From the NCBI GenBank assembly GCA_964304625.1, contig OZ199838.1, positions 13,537,945 through 13,601,944 on the forward strand: a stretch of 64,000 nt of DNA, in the 5' to 3' direction. The translations under genes were made by a program, and so were the position numbers. Below are positions 1 to 12,159 of this stretch, one piece after another; within the stretch, counting starts at the first letter, position 1, and each line of letters opens with the position of its first letter. A model generated the notes under the pieces. The model saw only the letters and a program-made list of their open reading frames with translations, made no database searches and was not told the origin of the DNA. This DNA is from Kudoa neothunni (Eukaryota; Animalia; Cnidaria).

Positions 1-46
1 TAATATGGGGTCACTTAAATACCCCAGTTGGTACCGGAAGGGTTAA
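1..46. mobile_element. piggyBac-like element terminus (element runs off the window's left edge)
   Basis: ...CCGGAAGGG followed by TTAA (43-46), i.e. TTAA-CCC on the reverse strand. Subterminal imperfect palindrome GGGGTCACTTAAATACCCC resembles those in the other piggyBac ends in the window. Confidence 0.55.
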
Positions 47-606
47 TAACCTATTTTTTATTAATTTATGTTAAACAATACAATTTATACCATTTTAAAT
101 TCAATAAATAGGCCCACATGTAAATTAATATTTCAGGAAATTGGTGAGAAAGCGGTAGATCGGGGCTTCCCATTGGGGACACAATTACTAGGGGCTGGAG
201 ACTCATACCTTGAGTCAACTGAAAAATTGTACGACCGAGCATGTTTCCTACCAAGTGCACCGCTTTTACGTAATAGGAATCTCTCTCAAAAGTAAATTAT
301 GTGCGATTCGTGCATTAGCAAGGCTGAAATAAGTCTGGTAAACAATGGTCATTTTTTGAATTTTAGTAAAAATTATTTTGCATTTAAAATATATCATTTT
401 CTATTTAATAATGTAGAATGTATAAAACTACATTAATAATTTATTTCTTCTTTATTCACATATAAATTATCAAATAAAAACTATGAAACGCTCGTATCGT
501 TTTGTAAAAAACAAATAAACTATAAAACGTTTTTAGATAAGTTGAAACCTTAAAAATTCTATTATTCGTTTTTTGCGTGAACAATAAGTTGAACAAGAAT
601 TAAAGA

Positions 607-2384
607 TAATGGTAAAGTATGTGACTCCAGAAAAACACCATCTTGCATCCGGGTTTTCTCGTTTTTTCTTTACGATTATTGTTGGATATATATATTCTTT
701 TATATTTGACTTATGCTCGATATTAATCGTTTTGTGTCGTGTCTTGCAAAAGTGTTTCTATGGCGCTAACCAGGATGAGTGCGAAACAGGATACAGCGGG
801 AGACTCAATGAATGAGGGAGCCGAGACAACAATTATCAATAATAAATCAAAAGAATACTGACTAAAAATATTTAGCTCAAATAAGTTACTTCTAAATTTT
901 TGCCAAATTCCCATTCGACTACAATCGGATACACGTGTAATCCACATCGTTCTGCAATAAACACGAAAAATAGCTCATTATTTTCTTATTTCGCAAATTG
1001 TCCAACATTTCTATATCATATTATTTTTAATAAAATCGATATTAAATTTTTCTGTGTTTATTTATCAAGTGTAAATCGCGATAATGGAGCTTTTAAGTTT
1101 AGAAGGGACGATGATTTTTTCTGTTTAATTGATGGTCATGATAGGTTATTTTACAAATTAGTAACAACATATTACCTTATAGTTGCTACATAAAGATGTT
1201 TTAATTGTTGGAATTTTGAAACCTTTACTTTAAAAAAGAGAAAATTAAATGTAAGGAGACCAATGACGGAAACATCATGCCATAGGAGAAATCCAGTTGA
1301 GTATGCCTTCACTTACAGCTATAAAAATTACTTATCTTCTACGGAATAACGACTTAAGGTAGTTAAGGTGTAAAGCTAGTGTTTCCCTTGAAACGGTACT
1401 TTTTTCTCCAGCATGGTTTCCGTCAGTTTAACAAACAAATAAACGATAATAACATATAGATTCATTTAGAAAATGCTAGATTAAATCTTCATAAAACTGG
1501 CCATACGCCCAATACATTGTATAACACTTCGGCTGCGCGTTAACAGCGTGGTAGTTGTTGCAAAGAATGATTTTGGCGTAACATACAGATTAAAATTATA
1601 AATTATTTCATTTTAAAGCTCAATTATGCACTATAACAATAACGAAACATTATTTTATTAAAACAAATATTTTTGTCCCAATAAATTACATTTGTAACGT
1701 ATATTAATTGTACACTTTGTGTCGTATTTAAAAAATAAATAGATAAATATACGATTTATTATTTGCACAAGTTCTAAATTTTAATATCTTGAGATAAATA
1801 AAATACGTATTGAAATATTTTTAATTAATGCCTTTCTTTGATTTTATAACCAGAAATGTCAATGTATGATTGATATTATTATTGTTGTTAGTTTCAATTT
1901 CGTAAGTAATTGACGTATAAAAATTATTTCACTAATAATAATGTACTAACAATAATTTATAAACGAAAATATACAATTATAAACGTTACTAAATGGTTTA
2001 AAAGTTAATTTGACATTTAGAAATAAAGATAGATGACACATTACTTTTTAATATTAGACAAGCTTATTTAGAAGACTTACTACGCTAAATTTGGTATATA
2101 AATATTAAGAAAATTTAAATAATGATTATTATATACTAATTAGGATTAAATAAGCAAATAATGAGCTATTTTTCGTGTTTATTGCAGAACGATATGGATT
2201 ACACGTGTATCCGATTGTAGTCGAATGAGAATTTGGCAAAAATTTAGAAGTAATTTATTTGAGCTAAATATTTTTAGTCGGTATTCTTTTGATTTATTAT
2301 TGATAATCGTAAAGAAAAAACGAGAAAACCCGGATGCAAGATGGTGTTTTTCTGGAGTCACATACTTTACCATTACCGGGTTAA
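607..2384. repeat. Long inverted repeat (arms 607-991 and 2148-2375); foldback-like or two opposed piggyBac-type ends
   Basis: The arms are near-identical reverse complements (the peptide MVKYVTPEKHHLASGFSRFFFTII appears on both strands). The right arm ends CCGGG-TTAA (2376-2384). The left arm is interrupted by a 152-bp insertion. Confidence 0.85.
680..831. mobile_element. Solo LTR (152 bp), TGTTG...CAACA termini, 5-bp TSD ATTAT
   Basis: ATTAT at 675-679 and 832-836 flanks TGTTG...CAACA. The opposite inverted-repeat arm (about 2295-2315) carries the empty site with a single ATTAT. Confidence 0.85.
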
Positions 2385-3506
2385 TATACTTAAGCTGAAC
2401 TATTTTGTATTTTAGAAAATTTTGTAACTTTTTCAAAAAATCGGGTATTCATGATATAGATTTTGACTTCCAAGGGCACGCTACAACTTGGTATCGACCC
2501 AACACTAATAAGGTATCAAAGGTACGAAACAAAACAGGGAAAACTAAACAAGGAACTCTCATTTTTAAAATAATACACTACAATAACTTTAGTTCAAATA
2601 GTTTATTTTCGAAAGGGAATATTTAAAGTGACTGTATTAGTAGAAAAGAAAATCAGTGTATATATTACTAGCGCAAAAGCCCCGCAGACTAAAGCCTTGA
2701 GAAGGCCAAGGTCATTTGAAATTCAAAATAAATTCAGAGTATTTAGATAAATAGTACAAAGATTACCCAATTAACTGATGATTTATTTAACTCATTGGGC
2801 GCACGAACCTTATTTGATATTTTTAAAAACGAATAAACACTACTGAGCGTTTGAATTTCCTATTTAGAGCTCCTAGAATACCGATTTTCTCCTTGTTGTT
2901 TGTAGTAATCTCTAAATCACACCATATGAATAGAACTAATCTTGTTAAACATCAATAAATGAATTTCATATTAATGCTTGGATACATAACCTAATATTAC
3001 CTTCCTTATTTGAACTATTTCAATTACTAAATCACTTTCCAATAATTTTAAAGTAAAATAAACACTATGGTACATTTAAAATTAACTTTTTATAACTTTA
3101 ATGAAATGACCTATATGTCAGCATAAATCCTGAAATCATACCTCTCATATCACGTGAAAATATTTTTAGTCATTTTGCAGGATGCAAACCGTTTACAATT
3201 TTTTACGTATTTTTCCGTGTTAAAATAAAATTTTATCTTTCCATATGTGTGCTCAAATGGAGCGATATGTCTCTCTATCAAAAATGAAAAGTGCGTACAC
3301 ACTGACACACACACGGATTACCGGTTTGCTTTATATAGTAGATGGCATAACTTTAATAATTATAAAAGCAATAAAACCATATCAATTATTTTCTAACATT
3401 CATAAAATGTACTATCATATATATGTAATATATGAAAGTCTGGAGTTGTATCGATGGCGCTGAAAGTCTAAATTAATCTAATTGCCAACTATTAATCGAC
3501 TGATAA

Positions 3507-5041
3507 TTATTCGGATGGTTCAAACCAAACAGAGAGGGCTTTTCCAATATTTCCATTGAATATATGCATCATCACTTTGACAGTGTCATACATGGTAATA
3601 TTTTCGAACGCATTCATTATATCATAAAGATCAATCTTAGTATGACAAAATTAAATTCGGATCATAAGCTCAAAATTTAATATTACCTCACACCTAGTGA
3701 TGGCTGTTCTAATGATAGGAATGACATTTTTTTTGAAAACAGCAGCATCAAGAATTCTGGCGAAATACTCGACGGGATTGATGGCATACTTACCTATTGA
3801 AGAATAGTGTTAGAAATCAATCTCAAAGCGTTAACAGTAAGCATACAAATATCCAAAAGAATATCTCTGTAATCACCACTGAAACCTGAATTTATAAATT
3901 CATCCATTGTTTTTCCACCTGAATACTACAGAAAAAATGTTCATTATATGAAAATGATTTAGTGCAATCGTACAACGGGGAATTGTGCCGAGACGAGTTT
4001 GAGATGCAGAAAGCTTCGCTCACAAAATATGGGGGTGAAAACGTCGTGACCATTATGCATTAATCCATTACATGACTTAATAATATAAGCATAAAGCAAA
4101 AGACGTTATTTGGTTAATACCTCTTTTAAAGCTAAACAGTCTTGTTTTATTAAATCTTCATTGATGATGTCTGTTTCATCTCGATTCGCCTACAATATTA
4201 ATCAAATTATTTGGATATAAAAAACAATTTTACATCACATAATTTTGTTAATATTTTCTCATATTTTCCCGAAACGTCATCTTTGATATCTTTTATCATA
4301 TCTTTTTTATAAAGTTTATTGTAGGCGTCTTTTGCTTCTATTATTTCCTAAATGTTGACGTAGAATTAATTTGTATGAATATAAATAATTATTACCTGAT
4401 TGGTAAGAGTGATAATTGATGTATTTAATCCGGCTTCATCAGTACCTATTCCCTAAAAAATAAATTTATTATCATTTTTATGATTCGTTATATCCAAACA
4501 TATTATAATAATTAATAATATTTTTGTTAATCTGTCTATTAAGAAATTTATTATTATTATTATTATTACTTTAATTGAATTTTTAATCCAATAAGCATAG
4601 TACTGGGGTGGTGTCATAACCGTGCATTTCATAAATTTTTCCATGGTATCGTACAATTCAGATTTTATTCGATCAAAAAGATTCTATATACATACAATTA
4701 GACCCAATCATAGCGATTGAATAGAATAACAGTTTTGTGATTTTTATTGTATATCTCTTGAATTTTTAAGCGTTGGCTCAACGAACGTCTACACAAGATA
4801 TCCACAACTTGAAGTTCATAACAGCCTACATTATTATACATAATATAGGTTACAATCATTTTTTCGTATTATCGCTGTTTACCTATTCCCTTGAATGCTT
4901 CGTTCAGTTTGATTGCATCCTTTTCTGGCTCAAAAATTTCGGTTGTTTTTAAAAGTGGCCTTCCCTTGACAATAGTTGTTATGATTGTTATTTATACGCA
5001 TGTAAGTTTACTTTTCTTTTATTATCTGGCTTTTTCGACAT
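3507..5041 (-). CDS. Annexin (four-repeat core, very short N-terminus), about 11 exons
   Basis: Spliced translation MSKKPDNKKK...FEPEKDAIKLNEAFKGIGCYELQVVDILCRRSLSQRLKIQEIY...IKSELYD...KGIGTDEAGL...IKDDVSGKYEKIL...ANRDE...FSGDYRDILL...NPVEYFARIL...IIRTAITRCEIDLYDIM...PSE*. GT-AG introns are mostly 45-50 nt. Confidence 0.9.
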
Positions 5042-5612
5042 AGTTCTGAAAAAAATGATTACTTTGGTCACTTCATTCTCAATTATATTACTTCTCAATT
5101 TATATAGATATTTATTTGTGACTATCTTCACTGCTTCTCAGTCTCCACGAGAATTCAATACATAGACGAATAATAATAATAGCTATTGCGATCTATATAA
5201 TTGTTTTATTGACTTCTAATAGTATCTTTTAATGATTGTTATCCGAGAGTACTTGTGGTGTATTCACCGGATACTCGGTAAGATTTCAGTCAATGTATTG
5301 TTACCATAGTTAAATGTGCTAATTGTTTTCGACAATATGATATGAATTTGATATCTATAGGAGTTCTCCTATAAATCTGATGTTAAACAAATTGCCCTTA
5401 TCTCTCACATAAGAGGCAGTTATTATTTTAAAAAATAACGATACTTTTTAATTGAAATTTACTCTAATTGGAAAGTAGAGACTTGCATAGTAAATAATAT
5501 TCAGATGCCATTAATTTTAACTATATTTAATTATTTGTGTGCAAAGCTTGTAAGTGAGTGTTGCTCGGATTAAGAATCGTCGATGCACATGCGCGAATAA
5601 CATTTTGGATTA

Positions 5613-6987
5613 TAGGGTTTTCCGAGCTTTAGTGACATCGTGTCAAGCATTAATGACGTCATGTCAAGCTTTAGTGACACGTGCGTAATTTAAGCTTATA
5701 ATTACGTTCACATTGTAAATTAATCGAATAAAATTAATATGAGTGGTGTAAATTTAACATTACACGTTAGTTTAATATTTATGAACTTTAAAAACAGATA
5801 ATAGCGACGATTCTCAAATGACAACTCGAACCAAATTTAAGAGATAAACAATAAGTGACTGAGATAGGAGAATGATTGCTAATCAGTGCGAATTGGGTTA
5901 CAGCAACGCCGTCATCGCTGAAAATGTTGGAATTAAGCGACAAACTGTTGCTTCAATTGTAAAATCGTATCTTCTTGATGGGAAAGAAAAGTCATTAAAA
6001 AGGGGTGTGACTTTTCTTCAAAACTCAATGAAGATCAAAAGTTGCGGATTAGAAGTTGGGTGGATGAGGACGCCACCATTACCCTCAAGACTCTTCGTCA
6101 AAAATTATTAGACGAATGTGGCGTGAGTGTTAGCGTTAGCACAATAAATAGATGCCTTAAAGAATTCCATTATTCTTTAAAAATGCTCACCATTGTTCCT
6201 GAACGAAGAAACTCTGACGATACAGTGGAAAAACGTTTTGTGTACGCCCAAGGGTTCAATTCAAAATTGCTTGAGGCAGAAGGCAGCAACTTTGTTTTTA
6301 TTGACGAAGTTGGTTTTAATGTATCGTCACGTACAAGACAGGGTCGTTCGCTTGCTGGTACATCAGCATATGTAAACGTAAAAGCCGTCAAGTCAAGGAA
6401 CATATCCGTCATTGCAGCGATGAATAAGTATGGCATGGTGCTATATAAAATAAATCGAAGACCAGTAAATGGCGAAGATTTTAAAGAGTTCCTCATTGAG
6501 TTGGCAGATCTGTGCCGTTCTTTGGAAGTTGAAGATCCATGCTTCATACTCGATAATGCAAGGATACATCATTATCGGGGACTTAGCGAAATTTTAGCAA
6601 CGTTACAACTAACGTTGATGTATCTACCTCCGTATTCACCCTTCATGAATCCAATTGAAAAGGTTTTCAGCAAATGGAAAAACCATGTTGTGAGAGGACA
6701 TGCGAGAAATGAAAGCGACCTTTTAAATTTAATAGATGATGGTTTCAAAGTTATTATCGAAAAATGCTTCGATATATCAGCAGATGTTTGAACCGAGAAA
6801 TTATTTTAGAATAAGTATAAATTATACGATAGCGTTTGGATATCTTTTTCAAATTCCCAAAATTATTATTTTTTGTTCATTCGAAATTTAAAGTAATATT
6901 TTCGTATTTTTTACCTAATTATATAGCTATCTTAAATACCGTGTCATTAAAGCTTGACATGATGTCACTAAAGCTCGGAAAACCCTA
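5613..6987 (+). mobile_element. IS630-Tc1/mariner DNA transposon (DD34E), TA TSD, about 45-bp TIRs
   Basis: TA|TAGGGTTTTCCGAGCTTTAGTGACATC... at 5611 and its reverse complement ending ...AAACCCTA|TA at 6989. Internal transposase with FIDEVGF, LDNARIH and NPIE motifs, 34 residues between the second D and the E. Confidence 0.95.
5818..6791 (+). pseudogene. Tc1/IS630-like transposase, disrupted
   Basis: ATG at 5818 is followed by in-frame TAA and TGA. The HTH-bearing ORF 5872-6111 is joined to the DDE ORF 6042-6791 by a -1 shift near 6000-6010 (KRG[G]DFSSKL). Confidence 0.85.
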
Positions 6988-7683
6988 TATAATTTACCAT
7001 GCGAATAGCCTCTTTGGAATCGCAGATCCCTCGACAATCTCAAACTGTCTTGCGGACCCCGTATATATTAAGGAAATTGTAAACAAATAAAATACAAGGT
7101 TTATACAACAAAAATTTTGATACATTTATTTACAGACGATTAAAATATATTATTTTTACAATTTATTCGACATCACCATGCACTTAGAAAATATGAACTT
7201 TTAAATAGATACCCACGATTAGTTTTTATATTTTTTTCGGTACTGCGGATCAACAGTTAAAAACCACTGACCTAAGGTATATGCCTGATAATGAGATATT
7301 AATTTACGATATAAAAATTAATCACCGCAAGTTTTCACCGTGCTATATAGTTTTTGCTATTTTTATAATTTTCTTAAACAGTGGTATAATGATTTCTTGA
7401 GTTGGAGGAAAAATTCGACCTTGAAAACTACCGAGGACCAAATAAATTACGTTTAAGATAACATCTTTGAATCAATTAAAAAAACTCAGGAATTCAAAGA
7501 AATATGACGCTGATCAACCGTCATTTAATGTTTGTTTCTTATCACAAAACCGCTAATTGGGAGTCGGGGTTGGTGCATTCCTGTCCTGAAATGATCATGA
7601 TGTTAAGCTGGCTAATCACGATCATCGAAATTATATTTCTTTTAAATAATTAATTTAATTCCTACTGGGGTTAACCGAAAGTA

Positions 7684-8026
7684 CAGCTCAACCTCGGAGC
7701 TAGTATAAATTGGAGTTTGACCATAAATTTTGAGTCAGTATTAATGGATGATAATAGAAATAGTATTCAGAACATATCTAGTCGGAGCAAAAAACAGAAA
7801 AGAAATTCTAGAATAAGAGTCACTGAATAAAATTGTGCGACCGTAATCGAAAGAGAAATTTTTATAATCTATCGCATGACAACAAAAAAATAGTTATCCT
7901 ATATTTCGTTTTATTTGTTATATTTTATAAACACATGTCATTCATATTTTTTCATAAATAAGGACAAAAATAGTTATTTATTTGATGCGCGATAACGGAT
8001 TATGGTCGAAGTCCGAGGTTGTACTG
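7684..8026. mobile_element. pogo/Tigger-like MITE
   Basis: TA|CAGCTCAACCTCGGA ... TCCGAGGTTGTACTG|TA imperfect TIRs with TA flanks. Confidence 0.65.
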
Positions 8027-8305
8027 TATTCATATATTTTTTAATGATTTTAAGGAATTTTTCAATCCAAAGTGTCCCTGATCCCGAGCGAAGCTAAGTA
8101 GTTCGAGCTAGTCGATTATCAAGTTGAACATTAAAGTTTTAATATAAATATTTTTTTAAGTCAAAAATTATCCCCAAGTTATTTATATTTAATAATTAGC
8201 CCACACATGAATAATAATGTTATATGATCTAATATAAACATTGAATTTTTAAAAGCCAATCTACACAGTTTTTAAGGAGAGGAATTGTGCTGCAACCAGT
8301 TAGAC

Positions 8306-8570
8306 CAGGGGTCGGGAACCTTTTTTGATGAGAGAGCCACAAAGACCATAATTTTTTTAAAAACTAATTCCATGAGATCCATACAACATGTTTTAAAATT
8401 AGAAAAAGAAGTACATATGTGCGTTTTATATAATCAGAACACTTTAAAGTAAAACAAGTCATTAAATTCCTTTTAATTACATTATTACGTTATTGTTAAT
8501 CAATGATGATTATTTCTCATAATCAGTGCGATTTCTGGTTCTGCATATGATTTGTAGTATGGGCGATACG
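8306..8570 (-). mobile_element. hAT-Charlie-type element end fragment
   Basis: CAGGGGTCGGGAACCTTTTT...GAGAGAGCCA terminus, preceded by an NNTAGAN-like target (AGTTAGAC). Confidence 0.7.
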
Positions 8571-9166
8571 TGGTAAGAGTAGGCTTCATTAAAAAATTAC
8601 AGATGAAAATAGTAAAGTATTTCTATTCGATAGCAATAATATTCAGGGTTTCAATATGTCTACTGAATAAAGTTGTTATCTAAACAAGTCTTCTCAGAAA
8701 AACGAAAATAATATATATTTGCCGAATTCAGGATTGAAAGCCATAACTCCATTTAAAAGAGTAAAATGTTTTATTTAATGTTACATGAATTGATATGGGT
8801 TGAATTCCATAGAATCCCAAGGAAGTTATTAATTCGATTAAAGACATGTACACTTGACTATAGACCCTATTATGGTCATCGCGCATGGAAACACTTAATT
8901 TATTTATGTTTATTTTAAAAAAGTGTACTTTATGTTTTGCTGGAAGGAACTTGTGAGTATGCAATTTGTTTCACCTTTGATGTCGTACTCCATAAATTAA
9001 GACAGAAAATAAATGTCGAATATTGTCACGAAATAATCAATTTTATTTCTATAAATTGATTCAGTTGATCAAGATTCAAAAATGATCATTTAAAAAAATC
9101 GTTCGAAAATCAGCTTAACGTAATTCGCCGAAATTTCCTGAGGTGCCTAGCAACATTTGAAGATTG

Positions 9167-9957
9167 ATGAGCGGCTACAATCCATACGGGTTTTTGGTTG
9201 GCCTGAAACCTTTTAATGAAACATTTTAGAAACAACCAACAAATACCTCCTCCAAATTCCACCACAGTTAATATCTATGAGGTTCCAAACACACAAAACC
9301 CCCCTCCTGTATGATGCTGTCTAAATTGAATTCAAATGTATATTTACTATTTAGGGTGTGGTTCGTGGTGCTGTAGGAGGAGGAGTGTACCCTCCTAACG
9401 TTATGCCTTCCCCGCAAATGCCATCATACCCCACTACTCCACAATATCCCTATCCTACTCAGCCAACCAACTCTCCTTATAACGCGCCTATACCAAACAA
9501 CAATCCATACATTATAGTATGTGTAGAGTAGACTATTTCTCACTTATAATCAACGTTGATTCTACAAATAGGGACAGGAACCATATCAACAACCGTTTCC
9601 AAGTATGTTTTATTAGTCGGACTTGGTTCTGATGTGAATTTGATACGCTAGCCAACCCAGCATATCCATTCAGTCAGAATGATCCTTATGGAATGAATCC
9701 AATGTTTAATCCTAATGCTGGCAGACCAGCGTATTATCCACCTGCACAAGGAAACCTGGCTCCAACACCACCAAACAATAACCAGAATCCATATTGCGCC
9801 TATCCTCCAAATTCTAACACTAGTCCACAAAACTTTCAACCTCCCCCTGGACCTTCTTATCCTGGTGGGGGATATGGGAAAGGATTTGTATGTTTTGTAC
9901 ATGTGTGTGAGATTCTCATTTTCTATTTAGGGAAATTATCCTGGTCAAGGATTTTAA
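9167..9957 (+). CDS. Pro/Tyr/Gly/Asn/Gln-rich low-complexity protein, 185 aa, 6 exons
   Basis: Exons 9167-9189, 9230-9308, 9355-9516, 9572-9602, 9652-9887 and 9931-9957 join in frame via GT-AG introns: MSGYNPYGNNQQIPPPN...GGGVYPPNVMPSPQMPSYPTTPQYPYP...YYPPAQG...PPPGPSYPGGGYGKGFGNYPGQGF*. Confidence 0.8.
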
Positions 9958-12159
9958 AGTTTTATCAACAATTTCTAGAGATATGCTTTTGCATAGTGTT
10001 TGTTTTATTAGAATAAACTGCCATTTTTATGGATATTATTTTAATAATATTTCTCCCGATTCTTTCCTGTAATTTACATAAAACGAACAATTTATTTCAG
10101 CATACCATTAGAATCTAGGCTAACTTTTGTGGACATCATATATTAGTACCCATGGAGCTTGCCGATATTTAAATATACAACATTATTGTTGAAAAATATG
10201 ATGAATTGTGGATAATGTGTAATCAAATCAACAATCTGATTCATTAAGCCATATTTGTAAGTATTTGCGTGCGAGTCTCAATAAAAATTCTGATTTTGTT
10301 TTTAATCGATTAAATCGATATCGAACTAATTATTTTTCAAAGTGAACAGTTTTATTTCAATTTCTAAAATTACATTGCTATCTTCTGATAAATTGAAAGT
10401 TGAGTTTAGATATTTAACTTAACTGTCGTCAATATTTTGTATTTTTTGTTGTTTTTGATTACGCGATAGAAACACCGTTCAGCAATTTTTAACACCGCCC
10501 TCTACTTTCGCACACTTATAATGGTTAATTCACTACATTAATATCAAAAGAATTTTAGGTTTGGAATATTTTCTTGTGTTAAAGAACTTATTTAATTAAC
10601 CATTGTAGTAATCCCCCAATCAACCGAGGCTTGGCTCCGCGCTAGCCCACTACATTACTGGGCGGAAATCCCCTAGACAATAACAACCAGGGTGATCACC
10701 ACAGCTTCGTTTACTATAATAACTTAGCTGTACTATTCTTTAAAATTGATTGTTTCCTCGCGCAAATACAACAACCATATTTAATAATTGTATTTTATCA
10801 CATTCACTACAAGTATGGCAATCTTAGGAGCTTTTATTTAATACACTCTTTTCATTATTTCGTATCGTGGCGAACGAAATTTTTTTCTCAGTCTCAGTTA
10901 ATATTATTTAGGATTCATTTCTTATAATTTGAAAGCATTAAAAATCAGAGAAATTATCAAGAGAAAAAGGTCCCTCTTAAATTTCACTTTTTGAAACAGC
11001 CAACATTGGTTTTTGGCGTGGCTTCATCTCAAGAATTTTCTCAAAGTTATAATGCTCATACAAAATATCGTGATAATATATTTTAAAAATCCTACTTTCT
11101 CTGTAATTTTGATCATGGGATGCTTATCACATAAATTTGACGATGTTTATTATCTCAACATTTAAGACGGGGTTCCCATCGTCGGGGATTGGAAAATTTT
11201 ATTAGGCCTGAAAATTATTGAACTTTAATGAAGGGTGTTGGGGACGTGGAAAAACCAGGTCATTGAGGTGACATGGATAATGGTGAGATAATTGGTCAGT
11301 TTTGGGTTTTTTGAAATAAATACCTCAATTTTCGATCTCGTTTAATTTATAATGTTTAGTTAAATCATAAAACTATATCAAAAGCAATGACTTACTATAT
11401 ACAAATAAATAATAACATTTAACGTGGTCATTACTCGAACAAAATCCGAATGATTTTAATCCCAATTTTGTCTCACTTATATTCGTTATTTTCTATCTAG
11501 GTTGTATGTTTTCGATTTATAAACTCCGTTTAACAATAAGTCTTGCATAATGCGCATTGAATTACAATGAGGTTTACTTAACGCTGTTTTTAGCGGAGTG
11601 ATGAACTAAAGATGTTAATTATTGAGGTTCATTTATAAATTAAATGATATTAAATCGAATATCAATCATTTTCAACTATTAATGCGATTTTCGTCATTTG
11701 ACATAGGTATTACAATTTAAAGTAAATTTTCGTATTTATAACCTGATTCAATCCCAAATATCTGTTACCTTTATTATTGTCAATAATATGAAGAGAATTC
11801 GATAAAATTTAAGTTTGATAGAAAATATACACACGACAAAATTGGACAAAGAATTTTAATATTTGTTAATGATCTATGCGTCAATTGAAAAACCATAATA
11901 TATTTTACTTTCAAATTTATTACATGTTTTTGTTTCTTTAATAAGTTTACTAAAATACATTTTTTTTATTTTGCATGTACTACAATTATAACGAAATAAA
12001 ATAATGAAATATAATAAATTATAAAATTTAAATCTATTAAAAAAAATTATAAACTAAATTATTATGTGTGTTTTAATTAATAATTAGAATTTTGCCATTA
12101 TAAAAATATTTTGATTAGTCAATGTGTCATATATTAAAAACTAAAATCGATTTCCCATA

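Noticed and set aside
68-295. 75-aa ORF or possible exon after TTTCAG (137-292)
   Set aside because: No recognisable domain and no partner exons; it lies next to a TE end.
2405-2830. Faint resemblance to P-element/THAP9 transposase (FQG..T, NSLFSKG, DDLFNSL)
   Set aside because: Too degraded, with no TIR or TSD.
5818-5871. In-frame TAA/TGA in the Tc1 ORF and TAA in the Merlin ORF as stop-codon reassignment
   Set aside because: All host genes read through without internal stops and end in standard stops; these are decay or indels.
6170-6547. Antisense ORFs (also 48059-48385, 50552-50886, 51533-51808, 17738-17971)
   Set aside because: Shadow frames of genuine coding sequence on the opposite strand.
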